NCBI GenBank assembly: GCA_032718475.1
Contig: JAUCBJ010007807.1
Span: 1-54,807 of the forward strand
From: Nemertoderma westbladi
Taxonomy: Eukaryota; Animalia; Xenacoelomorpha
DNA length: 54,807 nucleotides
Reading direction: 5' to 3'
In this document: positions 1 through 12,500 of the stretch, in pieces
Layout of the letters: each line of letters opens with the position of its first letter
How positions within the stretch are numbered: position 1 is the stretch's first letter
Notes under the pieces: generated by a model
The model's database searches: none
Seen by the model: the letters and a program-made list of their open reading frames with translations, nothing else
What the model was told of the DNA's origin: nothing
Position numbers and translations under genes: made by a program

Positions 1-19
1 CGGCGCAAATCATCATATC

Positions 20-1573
20 TTGTTGCACACGGAATTCGAACGAAACAGCCCGAGTCAGGTAAGTGAGTCCGAACTACATGTCCAATTCAGTGATGTGAAC
101 GACACTGATCAATCTGAGATGGAAGGATTCTATACGGACGAGTTCTCCGACCAAAACGAATCCTGTTACCTAATAAACACCACCGCAGTGTATCGAGCAC
201 TCGTACATGAGAAAGACACAGACAGCGACCTTACCTTAACTACTTCCGATCAACAACCACCTTGGAAAGAGACATCCTCCAATGTAGGGATCCGAGAGTT
301 TCCTGTGGTGCAGGTAAGGGTCCACGGACCTCAGAAGAGCTATATAGTGAACGCCCTCCTGGACTCCGGTAGCACAGGAACATTCATCGATAGGGAACTA
401 GCCGAAGTCATCTTTGCTGGACAACCCAAGTTCCGAACCAAGCTAAACCTGTCAGGGATCATGCAGGTTTGGAATTCTACTGTAGCTGCCGACTATTATA
501 TAGGTGAGTTGTCCACCCCCCAGGACGAACTAGGAGAACATAGCATCAGGTCAGTGAAAATGGTGGCTATAAAGAACTTCGCTACTACTCAAGCAGACCT
601 TTATAATTGGGACGAGGATGAGAGCATCCAACATCTTAACATACCTCGATTCCAGACTGATTATCCTGGAGTGCAAATACTCATCGGCCAAAACGCGCAT
701 GAGGCGCTGGAGACATTAGAGAAACGACCTGCTCAACCGCAGCCACTACAGACCTATGCGGTAAGAACTAGAGTAGGTTGGTACCTTACTGGACCTTCCC
801 GTAGAACGCTCAGGGAAAGACTGCTTCAAGATCGCGTCTGCCAGGTGAGTGAATGGGAAGATGATACTAGTGAGGGAGACGACCCAACTGAGGGAACACC
901 ACACTCCTCAGATAATGACAATCTTAGCTCCAATGTAGATCAATGGAGATATTGCCCCAAGAAGTTTAATCCAACGGACATCGCTTCCAGAGGAGCGACT
1001 CCTCAAGAACTGACAGATACTATAGACCGGTTAGGTGAACCCGACTTCCTGAGTAAGGAGAATGAATGGCCTCCCCATCTTACTCCGACTGAGATTAGAC
1101 CAGCCAAGGGAGCGGAGAAAGTCGAACCTGAAACCCGGACGGGTGGATCGGAGTTATTTGAACCCGGGATAGATCTGTCGGTATTACATGTTGCCAGGGA
1201 CGACGCCGTGGATCTGGGCCTCCCCTCCGCGAGTGGATCCTTCATGAAGATCAGAGAGAGCGATTGGAGCTCTGGAACATCAGAAGTCTCGCAGAGACTC
1301 TCACCTCTCCTGCAGAGAGCGACGGACCACTATAGCTCCTGGAATCGGCTTTGTGACGCCGTCATATACTTTGAGCGATGTTTCTATCGTCACTATTCCA
1401 GGACGAAGAGGAAACCTGGAATTGTATTCAGGATGCAGCGACTCAATCACCCAGTCGGTCGTTTGTGTTTATCGGAAGGGAATGGAGGACTCTCCGGAAA
1501 CTGTGGAAGGCAAGATTCTCTTCCCACGACCACCTCCCTAATCCTTCAAACATCTAGGGACTCCATAACGTAA
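20..1573 (+). mobile_element. BEL/Pao LTR retrotransposon pol remnant ORF (aspartic protease joined to the RNase H C-terminus; RT and integrase core absent)
   Basis: Protease motif VNALLDSGSTGTFI, then ILIGQN and AVRTRVGWYLTGP (end of the Pao protease region). Next come QWRYCPKKFNPTDIASRG (Pao RNase H C-terminus) and YSSWNRL (pre-integrase motif). No YxDD RT block is present. The frame starts at the window edge. Confidence 0.85.
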
Positions 1574-2084
1574 CAACATATGGAGTGGGTGTGTGACTCT
1601 ATTATTTTATATTATTATTATTATTTTTATATTTATGTATGTATTACTATGTAATTTTATTATAATCGTTTTATTTAATTTAGTAGAATATTATTTAGCG
1701 ATTATTTTGTAGAATAGTGCAATATATTCGTGTTTATTATGTACATACTTACTTATATTATATTTAGTGCGACGGCGAAGAAATAATTATTTTTCTCTTT
1801 CCTTACTGTCCGTATTATATTATAAATACGTAACTACAGTAAGATGAAATGTCTGTACTTATTAAAGTACAATAAAGCCACTACTATATTTAGTATTATT
1901 GGTAGGCAGAGTATTAGGAATGCAAAGTTCAGATCCTCGTGTCTCGGCTAAACCAAGCTCTGGGTAGACCTTGGAAACGACTTGCCTCTTCACACTGACA
2001 TTGCTTCGTGCGATATTGCTCTCATACCGTATATTAAATAATACATATAGTAGCGTGATGTCCCTTTAACAGTAGCGTATAACG

Positions 2085-2415
2085 CAAAATAAATCTGTTA
2101 AACCCTTTGACCATCTGTAATTCTAGTCGATTAAGATATCGCGGCACCCACCGATATACTTGAAAGACAAATTCTAGAATCAGTGGTTAATGTCCCCAGA
2201 CAAGTTCTGGAATAAATCGGTGCCCATCTCAAATATTAATTAATTAATATTTACAAATCAAATAAGTCAAAATCTGTAAAATTCAGATCCTTCAACAATT
2301 CTAGTCAATTAAGATATCGTAGCATTTACCGATATTCTTAAAGAGACAATTTTCTTAGAATTAAGGATCTTGTGTCCCTAGACATGTTCTAGAATCAAAA
2401 TATGTCCATTTAGTT
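2085..2415. repeat. Diverged tandem duplication of a ~180-bp unit in the BEL 3' region
   Basis: aattctagtcgattaagatatcgcggca...gtccccagacaagttctggaat (~2119) is repeated as aattctagtcaattaagatatcgtagca...gtccctagacatgttctagaat (~2297). Confidence 0.75.
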
Positions 2416-3198
2416 ATCAAATAATAAAATTTCAGGGAATAAATTTAAATTCATGTCTTTTAATGAATTTAATAAATTGCCATTTTTACGCAATGTATAA
2501 AGTTCCCAAAATTCCATTAATTAATAGATCAAGGGAGCGGAGATTTATCTTATCATGCGTATGAGTGTGTGAAAGTCTCCCAAACATAGTCAATAGCCGA
2601 TAAAATTCATAAAGTCGTGTATAAAACAGAACATTGACTATTAAAGAATACTATTAAATAACATCCCAGATCTGTATGCATTGGAATTACTCTAATTCTA
2701 CCGCTAGCTTTGCATAATGTCACCATAGCAACAACCACGCTAGAATTAGAATTGAGTTAAAAGAACAATAGAAAGCTTGTCCCATTGAATAGCATAGGGA
2801 ATAAATAGCGCACTGCTAGTATCCAAGGATACATAATAATACAGTGACATTCTGGAAGGCATTGACTAACGGACAAGTGACCCGAGTGTGTGTAATTTGT
2901 GACAAGTTGTGTGTGTGGTACTTGTGAGTTTATAGGCGAATGTTACTACTAAGGTGTGTTTACAGTAGCTAGTCGCAATCGTAAAAGTAACCTAACTCTC
3001 CAAGGAAAACCTGAAGTACATCTAAGTCTTTGGGACGGACAGTCGAGTGACTTGTGTCGGTTGTCGTTGTCGTTGTGCGGCTACGTCGTTGGCGAAAGTA
3101 CAGCGGCGACGACACATCGGCGCTGAGGATCTCGTACTGTCCGGGGGTTAATTGGAGTAGGCAGCGACGCTCGCTAGCCTGAATATAAACTCCTTATA

Positions 3199-3531
3199 AT
3201 GTGGATAAACTCATATATAGCAGACATGATGGAGTTGATAGCAGATGTTCTTGGTATCGGGGAGCGATATACTCTACTTTTGCAAGCGTTTGTTGATAGC
3301 TTAATACGCGGCGACGTTAGTCCAACTGCTGCGGAGGACGATGGTCGTTATATCGAACCGCCAATGTCCCAAGAGCAGCTCGCGCGCGAGTTGGACTATA
3401 GAAAATTCGCTGCTCGATATACGCAGCGTAATGGTACGTATGTGGTCTTCTTAACTACTGGTCATCCTATCGATTTACACAATACAGACTATGTCGACTA
3501 TATATCCTGCCCAGCGGAGTCGGAACCATAA
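3199..3531 (+). CDS. Orphan 110-aa ORF in the 3' region of the BEL element
   Basis: True ATG, TATA-like tataaa at ~3184 and AATAAA at ~3655. The translation looks globular and is CpG-rich relative to the AT-rich flanks. No family was recognised. Confidence 0.4.
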   Translation: MWINSYIADMMELIADVLGIGERYTLLLQAFVDSLIRGDVSPTAAEDDGRYIEPPMSQEQLARELDYRKFAARYTQRNGTYVVFLTTGHPIDLHNTDYVDYISCPAESEP

Positions 3532-4084
3532 ACTGAAATTCGAATGCGAAAATTCTATGCGAAATCGACTCGAAAGAAAAGACACTTAAGAAACAAATGG
3601 ACGCGGTAACTCCAACGTATATTTGGAATTCTTGATAGAAGCATTGTAACAACAAATAAATATCACCCGCATTTACCCTACCAGACGTGCGTCTTTGGTA
3701 TTATTACGATAAATGCCCTAGACCCAACTAATAAACGGAAAGACATAAACATCCACGTAAACCGAAACTTGTTGACGTATCACCTATGCTCACTCGGCTC
3801 GAACGATCCTGGAGTAAACCTACGATCAGAGTCCCGGAATACTCGGTCAAACCTCCTCATTCCTTAGTTGGACCTCAGACCTGCGATCTTGGTGGTGTCG
3901 CGGATCCTCGCGGACTGTATTCACTGTTCAAAGATCTAGTGCTACCCTAACAATTAATCGGTAACACTCCGACAGTGATTTCTAGCTAGCCGCCCATCTT
4001 ACCTAGCCGGATTGTGACGCGGACACCTAATATCACTATCCAACCGTATGGTCGTCCACGTTTAACGCGATACAACCCCTCATC

Positions 4085-4804
4085 AAGGGGAAGGAGAGCG
4101 TTGTACTAAACGAGTTAAACGCTATTTTATAAAGATCAAAAAGGAAACCTGCTTTTGTTCAGATAAACGTAAGTTATAACAGTGAGTCCAATCGATAAAC
4201 GAATTGGCCTTATCTCAATTCGATTGGGAAATCCAGAATCTCTAAGAAGTTATCGAACTTGGACGATCCTATTCTCTGCGAGAGTTTTTGGATGAACGTA
4301 TCCAGCTAAGAGCGGAGCAAAATCAGCTCGAGGAGAAGCATATCGAAACGGCAGATACCTCGACCACAATCCTACACCTTCTGATGCAATCATATTGCAC
4401 CCTTCACCCAGGAGTTATGGCCCTCCTAGTAAAGTGGCTCCCCCCAAAGAGAAAAAGACTCTTGCTAGCCTCAAAAAACTGCGTAAACACCGTCTGCGTA
4501 AGAAAGACTAACTGTTTAGAGTATCTTTATGTTTTAGAAACTGTGATTTTTATATTTTATAGACTGAAAATCCCATTTTCTGGGAGCGGTGTAAAAGCCT
4601 TTGCTGAATTGCCCCGTTATTTTTATTATCTTTTACACTAAAATACTCTGTAGTTGATTTAATAAGTGTAAGAGACCGTATTATTGCTGTATCGGTGTTT
4701 TTAGAGGATCTAAGACCTATTTCCTCCGTATGTGTACTGTGAAAGGCATATTTTATGATTCTATGGCAATTCGTGACGCAAAAGGGTGATAGCTACTCTT
4801 GAAC
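4085..4804 (+). mobile_element. Putative polypurine tract and 3' LTR of the BEL element
   Basis: Purine run aaggggaaggagag (4085-4098) is followed by (c/t)gttgtac. A candidate LTR end ...gaaca lies at 4804. The 5' LTR is outside the window, so the boundaries are unconfirmed. Confidence 0.35.
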
Positions 4805-6754
4805 AGTAGTTACTATGACTACGGTTAACAGCTGACATTCATACGTGTTGATTTCCTTTGTTCTACGGCGTCTCTCAGTTCAGTCAGCCAATTAGAGCGT
4901 TTTTGTGGCTCCTTGTACAGAAAATTTCCGAGAAATGACGCAATGCCTATGTGCAGTGTTTACATTCAGTCCTGAGCCAAAGAAAGAACGGCTTGGAAGT
5001 GTTTTGTGCTTTACTGTTTTTTAGTCTTACACTAGTAGGTTTAATTATAAAGGGCATATATCCTTTAACCTAACGACTACCTAAAGACTCTGATGACTGA
5101 TCATACATGCTGAATGCTGAAACATTGCAAACTCATAACAATCAGTGTTCAGTTGTTGTTTTATACTGCTATTTACTGTCAGTTCTTCATAATATGGTTG
5201 ATGAATTATTATATTTGGAATAACGATAAATAACCCCGAAACCCAATATTCTTGATATACCGAAGGTAAGAGAGAAAGGTTACCAATAACGATTGTGACT
5301 TATGTTGAAGTGGTTTGAAGTGAATCTAATGTTATTTGATAGACCCTACATGAGTCAGCCTGTGTTCCTTTTATATGTGACTAAAATCAGTGAAGATTGG
5401 CAGATTAGTGTGCAGTATTGTGCAGCATTGTGTATGAGTGAGTCTGTTAAAGAAGCAATTCCTAAAGAATGCGCCATATATGTGAATTATAATTAAGCCA
5501 TATCGTTGTGAGTAGTTTAAGTCATAACTCTGTTTATATAGATAAAGCGCCACGTCCTAAAGGAACTGTTAATATTACCGAAGGTGAATAATATTGTCAG
5601 AGATTATATAGTACTGTCAGTCGAATAATACATTAGGCTTACATAGCAATAAAATTAAACCGTCGAACCCAATCTCCCGGGAATCTCCAGCGGGTGAATG
5701 GTCGCGCACGGATTGGTTTCGACTAGTGTAGTGAATCAAATACTTGTCATAGACTAAAAACAGATTTAATATCTAGAAGACATCTTAATTTGGTGGGTTA
5801 AACTGCCAAAGGTCTGAAAGCGCGAACAATACTAGTAGTTACTATGTTAATAATTAATAATAGTTACTGTAAAAATATATTCTATATTATTATCAATACT
5901 TATCCTTCATATTTTCTTGCTATTATGGTGGGCTAATTCATTCAATATACATTAAATTTCACGAATTTATCAATGTAAACAAATAAATATCAACAATTAA
6001 AATTACACTTTAGTTCATGTGAGGGTCAAATTGCTTTTAGTAATTAATTATTATCAATAAATGAAATATATATTAAACTAAAATTTCAACAATATGACTC
6101 CGATTAAGTTTAACCAAATTCAAGATGTTGTTAGGTTCCACGCAGAATTATATCCCACCAAACATATACCAGAAGACATAGACCGTTCATTTTAAATATG
6201 TTGCATGTTTGTTGCCATGAGCAATCCGGAAACCCCAATAACTATACAATAGTAAAAACAAATTTCACAATTCACAACATTTTCGACATAATATTCAAAA
6301 TTTTCAACATAATCATCTACATTGTAAAATGTTGTGACACATCTTAAATGTAAGTGCCCCAAAATGACATTACAATTACAGGTTTTATTTATCTTTTATA
6401 AACATCCTGCCAATCAACCAATAAAACACCCAAAACGCCACATACTTGCCATGAAAAAGAATCATATGAAGCCCCGTCTGGAAATTAACATTTTCCAAAA
6501 GTTCTTTACTTTATATAAAAAGAATTAAATAGACCTGCTGTGCCCATTATTACAAAGCAATATTGCAACTCATTGCGAATACCGCTTTACTGACCATGTG
6601 ACACAATCCGCAACTCTGCCATATTATACTCTTTTTTTACATTCGCACTGTTCATTAGGTAGTCGCATCAAAAACCCCGCTTGTAGGCTAAACACACGCA
6701 TAAATAATTAATCTGATACTTGTTGCGATACAGTATGGGTAATGGTAATAAGCG

Positions 6755-7225
6755 CTATTTTCCAGATATGTGACCCAACATATCACGCGACAAAGTAGCA
6801 GCATCTCCCTGGAAACAGCAATACTTGGCGGTGGGTTCCAGAAGTTCAGGCCAAAGTTCGTAATCCCGTAATGTCCGCTCAATGGCATTGATACTCTTTG
6901 ATTGCGTGGTGTCACGGGAGTCTGCATGCTGCAACATATCCTCAATGTCCATGTGGGTGTGTTCGAGGAAGACACGCGAGGTCTCCAGAACGTTCTCCTT
7001 GTCGTGCATGTGGCACTCTCGCAGTTTGGATACTAAGAGATCACGAGAGTTTGAGAGCGCATGGACTGCATTGTTGTAATCCCGCTCCACCTGCAGTAGG
7101 TCTTCACGGGAAACTGTCTCGATCTTCTCTACCGTTGAGTGCACCTCATCGATTAATTGACGGCACTTCACCATCGCGTTTGTAAGCCGACTTCGGGTAT
7201 CTCTTGGAGCAGGTCCGGACTCCAT
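6755..7225 (-). CDS. TRIM-like E3 ligase, last coding exon (coiled-coil region)
   Basis: Acceptor tttctgtgcag|ATG (phase 0) at 7226/7225. The translation is a helical, charged coiled-coil-like sequence ending DMLGHISGK* as in TRIM BBC regions. The phase matches the donor at 14798. Confidence 0.7.
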   Translation of the reverse strand: MESGPAPRDTRSRLTNAMVKCRQLIDEVHSTVEKIETVSREDLLQVERDYNNAVHALSNSRDLLVSKLRECHMHDKENVLETSRVFLEHTHMDIEDMLQHADSRDTTQSKSINAIERTLRDYELWPELLEPTAKYCCFQGDAATLSRDMLGHISGK

Positions 7226-7309
7226 CTGCACAGAAATTGAGAATAAATTATAATTGATTTAATTGAAACAGGGTGGCAGGAAACTGGAGGCAAATCCCAT
7301 CTCTGGAAT

Positions 7310-7460
7310 TAATATATCATCTCAATGTTAAATGATTAATTAAGGGCAAGGAGCAAGATACAGTGGCATGTTATTCTAACCAAATCAATAAACTAAAGTC
7401 AATAGAAAAGGTTACAGTTTTATTCTTGGGAGTAATCAGCTGTTACTTGCGTCGATTTTC
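7310..7460 (+). repeat. Dispersed repeat fragment, with a second copy at ~34335-34492
   Basis: The string ctcaatgttaaa...ggcatgttattctaaccaaa.caataaac...ggttacagt...ttgcgtcg is shared by both loci. Confidence 0.7.
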
Positions 7461-8479
7461 TCTGATTTGTAATGTTAGTTTTAAGGTCTTGGCTCTCGAT
7501 AATAAATATTCCAAAATTAATTGGAATAATATTAATGAAGATTAAATTTCCATAATGTATTATCTTACTAGTAATTCAACATGAAAGTATCAACTGCAGA
7601 TTTAAAGCAAAATTAATAACCTTATCAATACAATTATTCTTATGGTATTAATAATGTCGAACCATCGTCCACACACAGTGTCCATGTACGGTAGAATGGG
7701 GCATTTTGGATTTCTGTTAATTAGCTCTAACCTCATGGATCGCACATAATTCCAGGAAATCGATATCCCCATTGCTTCTCTGTCAAATCTCAAGGGAATA
7801 AAGCTTATGGAATGATCCCCTGACTGGGAGGTTGCTGGTGTACCTGTACGTTTTACAAGCAGCCATTCTGAAGAAGCTTTAATTAGATTTTTATTGATCT
7901 AATATTTAGCTTGCATACACCATATCCTGGAATATAGTGTTATTCTGGTACATGCCCCTCCCAAATTTTTCTATAAATCTTAATGAGATTGCATGAAATT
8001 TGATACAGAGATTGTTACACCTCTCTCCTCTATTTATAAAATAATTTGCATTTATTAAATAGAATAAAATAAATGGCCTACAGCGGAAAGAAAATACATG
8101 CAACATTCGAATGCCCTTATCAATCTCAGCTATTTCCCAACCAAATTCAAGTGAAATATCACTGGAGACATTTTAGGTTGTAGCTAAGGAATAAGAGCGA
8201 AAGTAAAAATTCTGGTTCACCCACTAAGGAGGAGGTGAAATTATATCTGTTTCAAATTTCATGAAATCTTAATAAGATTTCTAGAAAAAAAAATTTTGTT
8301 TTTTTTTTGGGGGGGGGGGGGTAGATGTGTAGGGGGGCAGAGCAAGCACGAGGAAAACGACACTATATTCCAGGATATGGTGTCATAAGTTCACGTTCGT
8401 GGGGCCTTCGCGCAGCACGAGACTCAGCTAACCCGAGAAAGGGTTACCCGACAAAGCTGTAATCCGAGTATTCGAAATT

Positions 8480-9460
8480 TGGTCTAATACTTCGTTAGCT
8501 TGTCTCTACCAGTTCTATTTAAGTAATGATCGTAGGTCACTACTCCAACTTTCAGTTGTATCTGATTGGTTTTATTACAGCTACTTTTATGTTTCTGTGA
8601 ATTCGCCCCCTAGCGGCAGACAGAGGAACTTTAGAAGTCTGTACTTGTTTAGAATTTCTTATTCAGCAATGCTCATGGGTCACTCCTACCAAATTTCAGA
8701 TAAATTTGATGGTTAGTTCTATAAGTACAGCTACTTCTACGTTTACTTCAATTCGCCCCCTTGCGGCAGACAGAGGAACTGTAGAAGTCTGTACTTGTTT
8801 AGAATTTCTTATTCAGCAATGCTCATGGGTCACTCCTACCAAATTTCAGATGAATCTGATGGTTAGTTCTATAAGTACAGCTACTTCTACGTTTCTGTCA
8901 ATTCGCCCCCTAGCAGCAGACAAAGGAACTATAAAAGTTTGTCTTTGTGTAGAATTTCTATTTAAGCAATGCTCATAGGTCACTCCTACCAAATTTCAGA
9001 TGAATCTGATTGTTGGTTCTATTATAAGAACAGCTGCTTCTGCGTATCTGTCAATTCGCCCCATTTAGCGACAGACATATGAACTACAGAAGTCTGTTTC
9101 TTGTAGAATTTCTAAACTTTTGAGACTACATGTGTACCAAGTTTGGTTCCATTTCATCCATGATTGACCGACTTATTGGCGTTCAAACATTTCCAACGAC
9201 GACGACAACAATGGCAACGACAACAACAACAACAACAACAACAACGACAACGACAACGACCCCGACAACGAACGACAACAAACGACAATGAAAACGACCC
9301 CGACAACGAATGACAACAAACGACAATGACAACAACAACTACAACAATGGCGATGACAACAGGAACGACAACGACAACGCAATGAAAACGATGACGATGA
9401 CGGACGGCTCACTAATTGTAATGCTATGTTAAGGCTCACCTGGACTTCGTGGCTCCCCCC
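8480..9460 (+). mobile_element. Helentron/HINE-like non-autonomous element with an internal 150-bp tandem array and (GAC/AAC)n microsatellite
   Basis: About four 150-bp units (gaatttcttattcagcaatgctcatgggtcactcctaccaaatttcag at 8652, 8802 and 8952), then accaagtttgg, an acaacg microsatellite (9195-9405) and a degenerate terminal gctcacctgg hairpin. A related piece lies at ~30880-31030. Confidence 0.55.
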
Positions 9461-9557
9461 ACACATGGTTCAGCAATCAGCATCATGTAATTTTATATTT
9501 CTTGATTTAGGTACACCCCTTTCAACCACCTCTTCCCCTCCTCTAAAGTTTATTTTC

Positions 9558-12500
9558 TGGAGAGAGAGCAGCCAACAATTCTTTGAGTCCCTTTCCTGAT
9601 GACCTTTCTGGCCCAAACCCTGGGTCACCAGGGAGGCCAGATTGTGATGGGGAGAGGGATTCTGGAGTTGGAGGCTACTCTCATGTTCCACCCCGACCAA
9701 CAAAGCCATTGGTGAATCTGAGGCAAGTCACTAGACTAGCCTCAGTAAACACCCTAACACTCGGGTCCCCAATGCGACAAGGTGAGCTGACTGCCTTGGC
9801 AGATAAGCTTTCTCTTAGCGCAGTGGGTGTTCAAGAGCACCGAATGCAGACTGGACAGACAGATGAGGTTCTGATTAAGGACATGGGGGGCGGTTGGTGA
9901 CTCGCCCTCGCGTCAGCAGATGATAGTGGCAATGGTGGAATTGGTCTATTGATGAATCCAACTGCACATGCAGCATTGGACAAAATAGACCAAATCTCTA
10001 ACCGCATCATCCATTGCCACTTCTCATGTTCTGGAAGACTGGCTAAGAAGTTTCCTAAGGTGGTTCTGATTGTGTGCTACTCTCCAACTAGTGTTGACCC
10101 TGTAGAGGAGGTGGAAAATTTCTACCACAATCTACAAGCAGCAACTGATGGAGTGGATCAGCATGCATTCTTAACATTCCTGGGAGATTTTAATGCAAGT
10201 CTGCATCAATCACCTACATCGCCCTGGGTCTATAGCAATAGTGTTAACAGAAATTCTGTCGATCTTCAGGATTTTATCTCTGGAAATGGATTGTTTTCGG
10301 CTGGAACCCAGTTCAAGAAGCGAACTGGAAAGCTATGGACTCATAGTGGACCCAGTGGTCACAAGTCCCAGATAGACCATATTCTGTTTCGTAGGAAATA
10401 CAGGAGCTCTATACAAGACTGTAATGCATTTACACTTCGACCCTTCTGCAGTGATCACCGCCTTATTGTGGCCAAGGTAAGACTTAGTCTGCGTGCTAGC
10501 AGAACAACGAAATCTGCCTTGCCACGGCATGACTGGTCCTCTCTGTTGCAACAGCCAAGTGTGAGATCCAGCTTCACACTACAGCTGAGCAACAGGTATG
10601 AGGCTCTTGCCTCTGAGGCGGCAGATCACTGTGAGGGCTATACTGCCTTTACAGAAGCAGTTAAGTTAGCAGCTGCAGAAACAGTTCCTGTATACCCTCG
10701 AAACAGGAAAAGGGCCCCCTGGACTGACAACAAAATTCAGAAGTGCCGAAATGACCTTCATAAGGCGCAGAAAGAGTCCCGACTCAAACAGACTACAGCG
10801 GCCAAGAATGCAGTTAAGGCTGCATCTAGGTCCCTGAACAGGCAGTACTCTGTTAATCTACAGGAGCTAATAAACCAACAGGTTGATGCCATCAATGATG
10901 CTGACGACAGCAGGCAATCATCCCAGGCATGGAAATCGATCAATCTGCTTACTGGGCGGAAAAACCAACCAACCAGCAAGGTTAAGGCTGAATCACCAGC
11001 CAATCGCCTCAATGGTTGGAAAGCCCACTTTGAAAAGCTCCTCAATAATGACAGGGTATTGCCTGATAACTTTATAGAAGTAAAAGTGTCTGAGTCTGTA
11101 CTCCCAGATATTCCCATTGGCGAAATCTCCTTTGCAGAAGTGAAGGCTGCTGCAAAGAGCATTAAGACCAATCGTGCCAGTGGAGTAGATGGTGTTCCCC
11201 CTGAGGTCTTTAAAATACCTGAGTGTTTAAAGCTCATCTATCCCATCATAGTAGACATGTACCGTACAACAAGAGTCCCACAAGAAATGAAAACAAATAA
11301 GTTGGTGCCAGTTCCCAAGAAGGGCAACCTAACACTCTATGGTTCTTTTCGGGGAATCTCATTGATCTCGATTGCTGCAAAACTATACAATAGAATTCTA
11401 TTAAATCGCATCAGGGATCCCATTGAGAGACTGCTACGTGGAAATCAGAATGGGTTCTGTAAAGGTCGTGGGACCATGGAGCCCATTTTGGCACTTAGAA
11501 GGATAATTGAAGAGTTATCAAAAAAGAAAGACAGGCATCTGGCTGTTATCTTTGTTGACTTCTTCAAGGCCTTTGATTCAGTCTCTCGCTCACGTATGTT
11601 CAGCATACTTTCATTATATGGGATTCCTGATGAAATTAATGCAGCAATCAGATCAGTATACGATGGTTCGACAACATTTGTGTCTACTGTTGACGGTGAC
11701 ACAGAACCATTTGAAGTGTTATGGGGCGTCCTCCAAGGAGACACACTTGCACCATTCTTGTTCATTATTGTGGTTGACTATGTTCTACGCATGTCCTTAG
11801 ATCATCATAATGATGATGGGGTGATGATAACTCCACCTACTGGCTCCAGAAGTCGAGGAAATCCTGCCAAGTACCTAACTGATCTAGACTTTGCTGATGA
11901 CTTAGGAGTACTCTCAGAATCATTAGAGGGAGCCCAACGTCTCCTCAGCTCATTAGAACATGCTGCTTCTAGTGTTGGTCTTTTTATTAACTCCAGAAAG
12001 ACCAAAATTCTGACAGTTAACTTTGAAAGTCCTCAGCAAGTCTCTGATCGGATGAGCATAAGCTCAAAGGATGGTATGCTTGAGCATGTGGATGACTTCT
12101 GTTACCTGGGATCATGGATCCGGAAGTCAGGTGAGGACCTTCGAATACGTAAGGGAAAGGCATGGGCAGCCTTGAATAGGCTTTCCAGGATTTGGAAGTC
12201 ACCTAGAATTAATCGGAAACTTAAGGTCCGATTATTTAGAGCAGCAGTAGTTCCAGTACTCCTCTACGGGAGTCCATGCTGGGCTCTAACTGCTGAGGAC
12301 ACCAAATCTCTGGATGGCACATTCACAAGAATGCTACGCCGGGTACATTGTGTCAAGTACAATGCACACATCTCCAACCAGACACTATATAACATTGGAG
12401 GTGTCTCATTGGTTCCCCCAAGCTTGACACTAGAACAAAATCGCCTCCGCTTTGCAGGACATTGCCTTCGCCGTGAGGACCAGCCAGTGCATAATCTTGT

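Noticed and set aside
7846-7870. Possible 24-bp micro-exon in the TRIM intron (cag|aatggc...acag|gtac)
   Set aside because: It contains an in-frame TAA in the required phase 0.
9173-9466. Cys/Leu-rich 97-aa ORF
   Set aside because: It is the antisense reading of the acaacg microsatellite.
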